Below are positions 27,353 through 39,844 of a DNA stretch of 64,000 nt, piece by piece; position 1 is the first letter of the stretch; every line of letters begins with the position of its first letter. Location of the stretch: positions 1,178,001 to 1,242,000 of the forward strand of contig OX597836.1 of assembly GCA_951406725.2 (NCBI GenBank), written 5' to 3'. The stretch is from Octopus vulgaris. Lineage: Eukaryota. The notes under the pieces are model-generated. The model had not been told where the DNA came from, searched no databases, and saw nothing but the letters and a program-made list of their open reading frames with translations. Both the position numbers and the translations under genes were made by a program.

Positions 27353-27944
27353 ATTCGAATTACCAGCGATATTTCATTGATCAGCTCCGAAATGATAAAA
27401 TGCAAATGATCGCACTCAGCCGCTATTTGAACCCAGAATGCCTAGGGGAGGTAGCAAATACCTCTAGGTATTTTAATCTAGCAGTGTGGTTTCCTATAAT
27501 TATTACCTTATTATACTAATTAAGTACAAACCTGCCTACCTATTTAGATATTGCATTATCAGTCCTCCCTTTTTTTTTATCTCCTGCGGTCGACTCATTC
27601 TTCTCTCATTCACGTAATCTTCGCCCTTTGCCGCGGTTTTTAGTTTTCTTATTCCGGCAATTCGCCTTCTTCTGATCCGTCCCCTTCTTCTGCCAAATCA
27701 TATCTCATTTAGGCCCTAATCTGGAGATATGTTTGTGTGGAATTAAAATAACGATATGCCGCGAGGAACAACAACGAATATTAGCAAGATAACTCGATTG
27801 TATCCTCTGCACCTTCTTAACACACACGCGCGCATGTCTATATATGTGTAAACGTATGTTTTATATATACTATATTTGCATATGCGTGTGAGTGAATGGA
27901 AATATATTTTTATATGAGTGTGTGTGTGTGTGTGTGTGTGTCTG

Positions 27945-28315
27945 TGTGTGGTAAGAAGATTCTCCTTAATCATATGGTTCAAGGTTTAGCGCCACTACGC
28001 TACATACCACCTCGGCAAACTGTCTTCTACTATGGCCTCGGGTCACCCCAAAGCTTGTGAGTGGATTTGGAAACTGAAAGACACATACACATGTGTGTGT
28101 GTGTTATCTTTGTGTTTGTCCCCCTCCACCGCTTGATAACCGGTGCTGGTTTGTTTAGGTCCACGCTAGTCAGCGGTTCGGCATTAGAGACCGGTAGGAC
28201 AAGCACGAGACTTTAAAATATATACCATGAATTGGGGGCGATTTTTTCAACTAAACTCCTGAAGGTGAGGCCCCAGCATGGCCACAATCCAATGATTGAA
28301 ATAAGTAAAAGATTA
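27945..28315 (+). mobile_element. SINE family 2
   Basis: TGTGTGGTAAGAAG head, GTCTTCTACTATGGCCTCGGG, GTGAGTGGATTTGGAAACTGAAAG, tail CCAGCATGGCCAC...TGAAATAAGTAAAAGA. Confidence 0.8.
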
Positions 28316-28855
28316 AAGATGTGTATACATACATACATGCATGTATATATACATACGTATATATATATATATCTATCTATCTATCTATTTACATGTATAT
28401 ATTCACATATATTTATATATATCTATTTATATATACACATATCTTATATACACATATTATCTTATATATATGTGTGTGTGTGTGTGTATGTATGAATGAA
28501 TATATGCGTGCCTATGTATATATGTATACACAAAATTACACACATGTATATACGCATTGCAACTATACACATTCCGCCGTCACACACATAGTATACATAA
28601 TTACATATGTTACACAAGAAACAGAATCCCTAATCCTGTTAATCCTTCTCACGTCTCAGCCCTTAATCCCAAACAAACTAAGCCATCGTGTCTGTTGCCA
28701 AAGATAAAAAAAAACATTAAATACACATCATATCATTGTGTGTATATATATGGGAGAATCTGCACATGTACATGCGCACACGCATACGTATGTATATGGA
28801 TATATGTACATACATCATTATAAATTTGTGTGCTCCTATATATATAAATACAAGC

Positions 28856-28912
<57 letters not shown>

Positions 28913-29270
28913 AATGTATATATACACATACTCATATATAAATATATACATACTCACATACACATACATACATACATACATACATACACATTTATATACA
29001 TACATATATACATACACATATATATATACATACACATACATACACATATATATTTGAATATTTCGTTTTTGGATTTGATTTGCAAGATTCTTTATATGAG
29101 TTCGTGTGTTGAAGCATATTCTGTTGTGTCTGAGGAGAGTCATTCTCTTTTTGTGCCTTATAATTTAACACACTCACCAATAAAATTTCCACTTTTTTCT
29201 TATTGTTATTTACCTAAAATTTTCGTGGCATCTTGCAACATTTTCAATAGTCTTGTCTCTGTCCGAAATA

Positions 29271-29305
<35 letters not shown>

Positions 29306-29321
29306 CATATCACATATAAAT

Positions 29322-29352
<31 letters not shown>

Positions 29353-29458
29353 CATATCACATATAAATACACACACACACACATATATATATATATACAT
29401 ATCACATATAAATACACACACACACACATATATATATATATACATATCACATATAAAT

Positions 29459-29489
<31 letters not shown>

Positions 29490-29550
29490 CATATCACATA
29501 TAAATACACACACACACACACATATATATATATACATATCACATATAAAT

Positions 29551-29580
<30 letters not shown>
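29271..29580. repeat. Minisatellite (~45 bp x 6) built from microsatellite blocks
   Basis: Unit (CA)n(TA)nCATATCACATATAAATA repeated six times. Confidence 0.9.
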
Positions 29581-29620
<40 letters not shown>

Positions 29621-30046
29621 CCACACACACATATATATATACACACACATACGCGGAGTAGATAAAACCGGGCACAACTGTTGAAGGGAATGTCCTTTAT
29701 GTTGCCTGTCCCGTTTCTCTGTTTTTTCGTTGTTCGAAAGAAAGTTCGTTTTTCTGTTATTGTTTTTTATGTTCTCGTTTCTCATTCTAGTTTTTTTTTG
29801 TCCTGTACCCATATATGCATGTATATATACATATATATATATACATGTACATAGATGTATATATATATGCATATAATTATGTATTATTTATGTTATATAT
29901 ATATGTACCTACGTACTTAACAATCTTTGTGCGCACACACAACATACATTTATCTTTGCATGTATATATAAACGATTTACTCATATAATGCATGTATACA
30001 TAAATACATGTATATATTATAATATCTGTGCGTGGGTTTGCATATA

Positions 30047-30265
30047 TAGGGGTTACTGAAAAGTTCCCGGTTGTAAGGGCACTGGAAAAGGCCTGACTGG
30101 AAGCCCAATCTTCCGAGTTCTTTTCACAGAGCTTAGAGAAACTGAAGGACCATTGCAATAAGTGTGTGAATCTCGGAAGGGAATAGGTTGGGTAAAATCA
30201 TTATTAACTGACTCCCCGGCATTTTCTTCTACCCGAAGCCAGGTATTTTTCAGCATCCCCTCCTA
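30047..30265 (+). mobile_element. Mariner-derived MITE (~220 bp)
   Basis: TIRs TAGGGGTTACTGAAAAGTTCCCGG / CCAGGTATTTTTCAGCATCCCCTCCTA; interior FFSQSLEKLKDHCNKCVNLG resembles the mariner C-terminus FF..G...L..RW.KC. Confidence 0.75.
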
Positions 30266-30385
30266 TGTATACATGCATGTGTGTGTGTGTGTATATACCC
30301 AAACATATTAATGCATATGTGTTTTATATGTATTTCTAATTGCGCATGGAAAAACACATAACGCGGCATGCACAGATATTTTATA

Positions 30386-30436
<51 letters not shown>

Positions 30437-31467
30437 GTTAGTATATTTATGCGTGTATGCACTCATAGACAGACACACACACACTTGTACTTTCTCCTTT
30501 TCTTGACGTAAGTTTCTCCTCTTCCCAGGGAGACACGTTAACACACGCAGTTGTTCTTTTTTCTTGTTTTTGCTTATCATCTTCGCTTACGAACAATCTA
30601 TTATGAAATAAAGTCTGTCCTATAATAAGGTATTGTATTATTTCTGTTTCATTTTCTTTTCAAATCCATGACTCTAGTCCTTTCGAGGCATTTTCCTTTG
30701 ACTAGTTTTCCCCTTTAAGTATGCAAAATAAAATCCCCTTCTATAAGAGTACACCTGGTTAATTTCCTTAACGTTAAATATCTCGAAGTAATCTTGAATT
30801 AAGGGAGACAATAAATACCGATGACGTCCATTGCAGCAGAAACACGTATCTGTACCGCTGCCTTTATATTATAATGACGATCAGCATGTCTTATTGCATA
30901 TTATTTCACTGACAGTGATCGTCAATCTCTTAATTATCTCCCCTCTCAGACTTATTAACAATCACAGCTATTTCTTTTTCATAACTTACACTGAGTAAAT
31001 GTGGCCATATTTATTAAAATATAACAACCTCATCTTATTTCTTTTTGTTTATTAATAGCCGAGGCTCTTACCGATTACGTTATTTCCCCCACCCCAAGAT
31101 AAAACGTAGATGTATCTAAGCCATGTCTTTTGACTGCGAATTGAGCTTAATTGACCTTTCGACTTAATTACATTCACAAATTTGACTATATCTTGGAGAT
31201 TACAATGTGTGTGTGCAAGTTGGTAAGAGCTGAGTCCCAACTGGAAATCGACCAAGAAACCGTCTAAAAGAGTTTAGATTTGTCTGCTAGTTGTAAGCAT
31301 GGAACATCTTTCATCATCTGCCTGAATATATTTATGTTAGGAAAGAAACAACATACAAATGGGATGGAAGCCTGCGAGCTGGCAGAATCATTTGGCGTTC
31401 GTGTCTATTTTGTTGGAAAATCAGGAACGAGTAAATATTCTTTCAACGGAAGAAAATATTGGAACCA

Positions 31468-31504
<37 letters not shown>

Positions 31505-31805
31505 CATGTATGTATGTATGAATGTATATACACAAACACTCTTGCTATACAAAAGTCTTTCTACGTTCGGTGATTGCGAGCCGAGTTGTCTCACCTGGTC
31601 TGTGACATTCAGGTGTTCTTCAACACCCGGCGCCGCGTGGGGAGCTTTCGCTGTGCGCCATTCCGCAGCAACCTTGGCGTAGAAATAAAAGACATCCAGT
31701 ATCGACCGATTATGCTTATATGGTCACAGCTGGTGCATTTCATTCGTAATTCCAATACACACAGACACACAGGCATATATATGTATGTATGTACGTGTTT
31801 GCGTG

Positions 31806-31843
<38 letters not shown>

Positions 31844-32011
31844 AGCAATTATACAAACACATGACAATCAAATTAAAATGAAAAAAGCATCGGCTGAAGA
31901 AATATAATTATGCTCTACACCTTGTATTTAATAGTTTAGTACATTATCCCTTATTCTTTGTATTATGTAAATGGGTGTTCCTATCTATGCGTATGTATAC
32001 ACACACACACA

Positions 32012-32050
<39 letters not shown>

Positions 32051-32355
32051 GTATATGGTTGTGGGCTTGTATCTTTCTATCTCCGCTCTGTGTATTCGTG
32101 TGTGTGCAGCACATCATCTGCCATTTTTCCTGCTTCAGTCTTTCCGATTCATTTCTTCCGTAACCCACTTGGTTACGTCACGGTTGAATGACAATCGTCG
32201 ATTCACTCATACACATTCATATATATATATATATATACCAGTGCGCAGCAGCTCTCTACACACTCGTAAATGCATAGAATATATGTGTCTGCCTCTGTAT
32301 GTGTGTGCGTGTTTGTGTGTATGTATATATTCATATTGCATATCGCATACCGGCA

Positions 32356-32407
<52 letters not shown>

Positions 32408-32777
32408 TGTATATATGTATGTACGTATGTATGTATGCATGTATGTACGTGTATGTATGTACGTACATAGATATATGTAAATGTACATACATATATATAA
32501 ACAAGTATATATATATAATACACGCACACACACATATGTGTGTATATATATATATATATATATGTATGTGTATATATATGTGTGTGTGCATACATACATG
32601 CTTAACTGTGTTTGAGTCGGTGTGTGCATATGTGTTTGTGTGTGTACGTACACTTGTACGGAGATGTAGGTAATACCCATGAAGTATTACACAAGACGAA
32701 TGATTAATCTCGTATTTATAGCGACGCAAGCGACGTTGTTCAGTGCAAATAATCACTGGGAATGTAAATGTATTAAT

Positions 32778-32844
<67 letters not shown>

Positions 32845-33219
32845 AAGAGAGAGCGCGGCTGGGGCAGATCTGAAGATGAAATAATAATAATGATGATGTA
32901 TAGAATCTCAAAAGACAAAATAATACTTCTGACTGATATAAGCATGCACCGAGAATCACCCCGTTGTATATTCAGATATACAGATATATATGTATATATG
33001 TATGTAGGTAGGTATGCATGTTATATACTTCTTTGTGTCTGCTTATGTATTTAAGTGTGTCAATGTATTCGTTTGTGGATTGCGTGTGTCTCGGGCATGT
33101 GAAGACGAATTCAACAATATTCTCGACCTAAATGAACTTGACGTTGGAAGACATAAGCTAGACTTTTTCAATTACCCATATCCACAAAACAGAGATAGAT
33201 AGATAGATAGATAGATAGA

Positions 33220-33267
<48 letters not shown>

Positions 33268-33364
33268 GAAACAGAGAGTGAGAGACAGACAGACAGAGAA
33301 AGAAAGGACAAAAGACGGAATGCAATTCTTTTTCCTTTTAGTACGCGATAATATTCTTTTCCAC

Positions 33365-33480
33365 CACAGGCACAAGACCTGAAATTTGGGGGAGAGGGGA
33401 CGAGTCGATTTTAGTCTACCCCAGTGTTTCACTTGTACATATTTCATCGATCCCGAATGGATGAAATGCAAAGTCGAGAA
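33365..33480 (-). mobile_element. SINE family 1 3' fragment
   Basis: GGCACAAGACCTGAAATTTGGGGGAG...TTTCATCGATCCCGAATGGATGAAATGCAAAGTCGA. Confidence 0.7.
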
Positions 33481-33534
33481 AGTTAAGCAGAGAATTTTGC
33501 CAAACGTTTGGCGAGACCTGCTCAGAATCCTAGG

Positions 33535-34140
33535 CAATATTTGCAAGAAGCTTTTATCGTTCTCAACCTAATCGGAGATCTTGTGCAACTGAAACCCGAG
33601 GGAATTTTTGGTCAGCTGAAAGCCGTGATGGCACAAATTTGGCAGACACGCGTCTCATCCCCAAATCTTCAATGATAAAGGACTAAACTGAACCGTAACT
33701 AATCCTCCAATAACTCTCGGATAGTAATTCGAGGATCTTTCCTCACAGCTGCTCGCACATCTGCTCTTCTCAGTTCTGTTGGTTGCGGGTCTCCTAAAAC
33801 GTTCGTGACTGTCGACATTTTTTAGGCCATCTTGGAAGCGTCTGAATCACTTGTACACTTGTGTGCAACTCATTCACCCCTCTCCATAGACTTTCTGAAA
33901 TTTTGCTTTGGCCTCTGAGCAGGTATCGCCATGACAACTTCCTCCGTCACGGTCAATGCGACAATCAGACGCTACACATCTTCCTTCCAAGCACTGCTGT
34001 AAACAGGGAAAGTGTACCAGAACGTTAAAACTGCATGCACAGCAGAGTTCACGTTCAATATGCGCTAAACAGCTTTACTCTGCATATTTTAGCTTCGCTA
34101 CAATGGCAACAGTACGGATACTTATTGATCAGACCACATA
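33535..34140 (-). mobile_element. Mariner 5' half (TIR + decayed HTH region)
   Basis: TIR TATGTGGTCTGATCAATAAGTATCCGTACTG at 34110-34140; decayed KVYGEG..QVYK.FRRFQDG..RPAT..VRKDPRITIRE. Confidence 0.8.
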
Positions 34141-34539
34141 TATAGAGTTCCGGAGATGCGAAACGGGATAACAGAACTCAAATTAGGAGTATATGTCAAT
34201 TCTTATTTATATATAGCAGAGGCAACACAGTGACTCAAGGGACAAAATTTCCGTGCGTTATCATTTATCAAACAAGTTGCAAATGGAGGTGTTGTAAATT
34301 TATATACCATTAATTTTAGGAAATTCCTGGGTTTGTTCTTGAATGAATTATAATAAAAAAAGAAAACAATTACAATGTCACGTGGGTCATTCATATTTGC
34401 AAATAGTTTGTTCATTAAGTCGTTCAATTAAGAAATATATAAAGAAGCAAATGAGAACAAATTGTGTGTACTTGTACACTTATGACTGAGAGTGACGGTG
34501 AATATAAATACAATATATATACATACATACATACATACA

Positions 34540-34575
<36 letters not shown>

Positions 34576-35106
34576 GATACACATGCACACACACACACAA
34601 ATATATATATATGTGTGTGTGTTATAAATTCATTCATGCTTGTACATGATTGGCTACAAATTCACACACACACACACACACACACACATGTCTTCATACA
34701 CATAGAAATTTAGTTGGGTATATATATATATATATTAACAGATATAAACATAGAAGCATGCATACAGACAAACACACTCACACACACACACAAGCACTCT
34801 CACGTACGCACACTTATCTATGTATCTTGGTCCTAATCGCTACCAAACTCTCAGCCCTAAATATCTCGCTACTCACAAGAGAAAAACTATTCCTTCAGAG
34901 AAACCAGTTTTGTCTCTTCTCTCTCTCTCTCTCCCCCTCTTCTGTTGTCTGCTCAACAGACTCTCGTTGGTATGTGGAAGTGAAAACTTACACGTTGCAC
35001 AGTTCTTAAGTTACTAACTCGTTCTTAAGTTACTGAATCGTTCCATGTCTGTCTGTCTGTTTGTCTCCTCTTTTCTTTTAAATCTTTACGTAATTAACCA
35101 CACTCC

Positions 35107-35157
<51 letters not shown>

Positions 35158-35675
35158 TTCTCTTTTTCTCGGGCAAATTCTCAGCAATAACAACGGAAAT
35201 ATTCTTAATAATTAGTTCAGTCATCGTCAATTGGTAACAACCAGATTACAAAGAAAACAACCTAAAACAACAAAATAACAAAAACTAAACTTATAAAAAC
35301 GGGAGAAAAAGAGGGAAAGTGAGGACGATATCAGCTGAGCAGTGAAATCGAAACTAAATTTCCCAGATAACAGCCAAAAACCTCATCTTCTGTGTCTTTG
35401 TTAACCAGACAGGCAGGCATGTACACACACACGAACACACATCTCTAAACATAAATTTATTCGCATATATACAACAGTACACATACACGTACACACACAT
35501 AGCTGCAAACATACATCTATATACATAGAAGACGCCTACATAGACCTACATACAAATAATCACGTGTATATATATATATATATAATTTTAATCCAAACGG
35601 GAAACAAAAAAACAACAACAAGGGAACAATTACAGTATTATTATTAATAGGCGCTCAGGAAATGGAAGCAGGGAG

Positions 35676-35710
35676 GTATGACGTTTCGAGCGGAGCTCTT
35701 CGTCGGAAAC
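35676..35710 (-). ncRNA. 35-nt minimal hammerhead motif, U4C core, in PLE terminal repeat
   Basis: Minus strand: GTTT-CCGACGA-A-GAGC-TCC-GCTC-GAAA-CG-TC-ATAC. Confidence 0.7.
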
Positions 35711-35879
35711 ATAAAGAAGGAAGAGAGAGGAAAGAAAGATCCCGGAGCGGGCAACGGAGATAGAGAAAAAAACGGCTGGTGTTAGGAGTAGCACATGGTG
35801 AAAGGCGGATGTTTACGATAACAAGAGCAAAGTGGGTTTTTAAAGGCAAAAGAGTGGAGACAAGGTTGGTAACGCAACA

Positions 35880-38575
35880 GATGTGTGTGTATGTGTGAGT
35901 GTGTGCGTGTGCGTGTGTGTATGTGTGTGTCTGAGGCGAGGTAAAAAACAAAAAAAATATATGTATGTGTTAGTGTGTGCGTCTGTGTGTAGGCGTGTGA
36001 GGTAGGGCGAGACGGTGGTCAGCATAGCAGCAGCATAGCAGACAAAGGTCAGTAGTGAGAAAAGGGAGGAAGGAGGAAGGGAGGGAGGGGAAGGGGTGGG
36101 GGCGTATGTAGCGTGCCAGCGTGTGTTGAGTAGTAGTGTGTGTGTGTGTCCAGTGTCGTGGTAGTATTAGTGGCGAGTAGATTGAATGTGTGTAAGAGTG
36201 ATGTATATGTTTAAGCAATGTGTGTATATGTGTGCGCGCGTGTGTAACGAAAAAAAGGGGGGGGTTTAGGAAAAGGACTCCAGCGGAGGGGAAGATGGAA
36301 GAGTGGTCCCGCGGAGACGGGCGTGGGAAAACCCAACGACAAGCGACATCCCAGGAACGGGCGGGAGGTCTAGTCGGGTCCAAGGGCGAGGTGCATGCGG
36401 GGCGCATGCGTGCGCGAACCGGCGCAAACGCGTGTGTGCGCGAGCCTGCGAGTGTGCGCGTACGTATGTGTGCGTGTGGATGTGTGAGTGTGTCTGTGTG
36501 TATGTCTGGGTGGCAGTGTGTCCGATGAATGTATGTGAGTATGTGTGTATATATGTGTGTGCATAGATGTATGTCCGTGTGTGTGTGTGTGTGTGTATGT
36601 GTGTATGAGTGTGTATGTATGTACGTGTGGGTGTGGGGAAGTGTGTGTATGTGCATGTGTGTGCGCGAACATACAGGTGTGTGAGTGAGTGCGTGTGTGT
36701 GTATGTATGTGTGTGTGTGTGTGTGTGTGTGAGTGTGTATGTATGTGTGTGTAGGATGCATGTATGTGTATGGGTGTATGTATGCGTGTGTGTATGTATG
36801 TATGTGTACGTGCGTGTGTGTGTGTGTATGCGTGTAGGTGTGCGCGTGTGCATGCGTGCATGTATGTGCGTATGTGTGTGTGTGTGCATGTGTGTGGGTA
36901 TATATGTGTGTGCGTATATGTGTGTGTATGTGCGTACATGTGTGTGTGTGCATGTGTGTGTGTAGGTGTGTAGGCGTGTGTGTATAGGTGTATGTATGTA
37001 AGTATGTATGGGTGTGTCCGTGTATGTGTGTATGTATGTGTGTGTATGTAGCTGTGTGGGCGTGTGTATATGTGTGTGTATGTAGGTGTGTAGGCGTGTG
37101 TATATAGGTGTATGTATGTATGTCTGGGTGTGTCCGTGCATGTTTGTGTGTGTGTGTGTATGCATGTGTATGTAGGTGTGTGTGTACGTGTGTAATGTAT
37201 GTGTGTATGCGTGCGTGTGTGTATGTAGGTGCGTGTGTGGGAGTGTGTAGTGTGTGTGTGCGTGTGCGTGTTTATGTTGGTGTGTGCGTATGTGAGTGTG
37301 AGTGTATGAGTGTTTGTCATGCATGTGTGTGCGCGTGCAGGTGAGTGTGTGTGTAAGTATGTGTGTGTGTATGTTTGTGTGAGTGTGTATGTGTGTATGT
37401 CTGTGTGTATGTATGTGCGTATAGGAGTATGTAGGTATGTGTGTGTGTATGTATATGGGTGTATGTATGTATGTGTGTGTGTGTGCATGTGTATAAGTAT
37501 ATGCGTGTGTGCGTATGTGTGTGTATGTGTATGTGTGTGTGTTTATGTATGTGTGTATGTATGTGTGTAGGCGTGAGTGTGTAGATGTATGTATGTATGG
37601 GTGTGTGTCAGTGTGTGTTTGTGTGTGTGTAGGTAGATGTGTGTGTCTGAGTGAGGGTATGGCTGTGTAGGTGTGTGTGTGTATGAATGTAAGTGTGTGT
37701 GTATACAAGTGTAATGTATGTATGTGGGTGTGTGTGTGTGTGTATGTGTACGTGTGCGTGTGTATGTGTGTGTGTGTATGCGTGTGAGTGTGGGTGTATG
37801 GGTGTATGTCTGTGTGTGTGTATGTCTGAAGTGGGTATGTGTGTGTATGTATGTATGTGTGTGTGTGTGCGGGTATGTGTGTGTGTGTATGTGTGTGTGT
37901 GAGTAGGTGTGCGTGTATGTATGTGGGTAGGGATGCATGCGAGTGTGTGGGTATGTATGCAAACATACGCAAGCGCACATCCGAAGCAAGCCCACACACA
38001 CGAAGCGCGCTCGCGCACACAACGCACAAGCAGTGCAACGCAAGCCCAAAGGGGCCGACCGAGCCCCAGCGTGCGCCAAGGCGCGCGAGCGCAAAGGCCC
38101 TCGAACGCCCCGCTACGCGGGAACCGAGGATCCATCAGCCAAAACCGGAAAGCAGAAAAAAGGGGGGGCTGCCTGGATGCAAAAAGGTGTATGTGTGTGT
38201 GCATTCAGTGTACGGGTGTGCATGTGTGGGTATGTATGTATGTATGTGCCTACATGTATGTGTGCATGTGTGTGTGTGTGAAGTATGTACGTGCGGTGTG
38301 TGTGTGTGAGTGTGTGTGTATGTATGTGCGTATGTATGTGTGTGTGTATGTGTGTATGTATGTCTGTGTGTGTGTGTGTGTGTGTAAGTATGTATGCGTG
38401 TGTGTATGTATGTATGTGTGTGTGTATGTGCATGTGTGTCTGTAAGTGTGTGTGATTAAATGTGTGAATGTATGTACGTAGATGGGTCTACGTATGTGTG
38501 TGTGTGAACAGGCGTGTGGGAGGTAGGTAGGTGGGTGGGAGGTAGGTGGGTGGGTGTGTGTGGGTGGTGTGTCCG
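35880..38575. repeat. ~2.7-kb highly degenerate (TG/TGTA) array with GC-rich islands
   Basis: Direct inspection; source of the 590-, 372- and 327-aa His/Thr-rich spurious ORFs. Confidence 0.9.
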
Positions 38576-38604
38576 GAAAAAAAAAAAAAAAAAAAAAAAC
38601 GGTC

Positions 38605-39619
38605 TCAAGAGGAGGGGGCTGTGTTAAGTCCGTGTGGGGTGGTAGTTTGTAGGGTGAAGATGTAGCGTTGCTCCAAGTGGAGCCTGGAAAGTGGGCGACC
38701 ATTGTGGGGGGCGAGACCAAACACTGAGATGTCATCTCGGGAATGGCCGGCCGAGCGGAAGTGGCGTGCGATGGGAGAAAAAGAGTGTAGGCGAACGTCC
38801 CTCAAGTGTTCAGTGAAACGGTCGGACAACCGGCGTCCCGTCTGACCTACATACAGCATCCCGCATAGGTTGCATTTAATGCAGTAAATAAGGCCAGACG
38901 AGGTGCACGTAAAAGAGTGCCTAATGCGTACAGTGTGCAGGTTGGAGCCGGTGACAGCGGTGGTGTTGGTGATGAAGGGGCAAGTGTTGCAGCGGGATCT
39001 AGAGCAAGGGAATGATCCGTGTGGGGCTGAGGGGGAAGGGGAGACGGTGCTGTGGACCAGGAGGTCACGCAGATTGCGGGCTCGTTTGAAAGAGGACAGG
39101 GGTGGGTTAGGGAAAATGGGGCGGGTGGTGGGATCAAGCTGGAGGCGACGGAAGGCACGTAGTATCTTGCGACGAAGGGGTAGGGTAGAGGGGTGGAAAA
39201 GGAGGGGGAAAGGGGTGCGGTTGGGGGGTGGGCGGGGGTAGGAGACAAGGCGGTAGTGCGGTCGATGCGACGGGCGCGGGTGAGGGCATCAGAGAGGAGT
39301 GTGGGTGGGTAACCTCGGAGTCTGAACATGCGGGCCAGGTATTGAGATTGGGTCTCGAAATCCTGGTCGCGGCTGCACAAACGTCGGAGGCGGAGGAACT
39401 GGGAGTAGGGGATGGCTCGTTTGGTGTGGAAGGGGTGGGAGGAAGAGAAGTTGAGATAGAGGTGGGAATCCGTAGGTTTAAAGAAGGCGGTGGTGGTGAG
39501 AGAGCTGGAGGGGTGATCGATGCGGAGAGAGATGTCAAGGAAGTTGACAGAGGTGTTGGAGATGGTGGAGGTGAATTGAAGAGAGGGGTGAAAGTTGGAA
39601 AGGAAAGAGATGAATTGGC

Positions 39620-39620
<1 letters not shown>
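38605..39620 (-). pseudogene. PLE RT C-terminus/thumb + Zn-finger linker + GIY-YIG endonuclease (frameshifted near 39210)
   Basis: NFHPSLQFT..SVNFLDI..FKPTDSHLYLNFSSSHPFHTKRAIPYSQFLRLRRLCS..RGYP; FKRARNLRDLLVHS; CSRSRCNTC; FTCTSSGLIYCIKCNLCGMLYVGQTGRRLSDRFTEH..ARHF..LEQRYIFTLQT..PHGLN. Confidence 0.92.
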
Positions 39621-39651
<31 letters not shown>

Positions 39652-39655
<4 letters not shown>

Positions 39656-39844
39656 CCCTGTCTTCCCTTCTCGGGATCTTTCCTTCTCCTATGTTTCCGA
39701 CGAAGGGCGCCGCTCGAAACGTTAAACCCTCCTTCTTCCCTTCTTTTCTGAGCGTCCAATAATACTATATTTGTTCCACGTCCTCGCGTTGTTGTGTTTT
39801 TTGTGTTTTTCTTTGTTTTTTTTTTTGTTTTCTTGTTTGGATTA

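Larger units (their letters stand above)
35586..39620 (-). mobile_element. 5'-truncated Neptune-type Penelope-like retroelement (ORF remnant, long CA-rich 3' region, terminal repeat with hammerhead)
   Basis: ORF remnant at 38605-39620; terminus ...GTTTGGATTAAAA next to (TA)n; the element is flanked by (TA)n on both sides. Continuity across the CA array is inferred. Confidence 0.75.

Noticed and set aside
29271-29580. CRISPR-like repeat/spacer pattern
   Set aside because: The spacers are microsatellites, the context is eukaryotic, and no cas genes are present.
36266-38038. 590-aa His/Thr/Tyr-rich ORF and overlapping long ORFs
   Set aside because: Translation of a degenerate CA/TACA array that is open in several frames; no domain content.
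39228-39725. Gly/Glu-rich + strand ORF and G-quadruplex-like runs
   Set aside because: Antisense shadow of the C-rich PLE coding strand.
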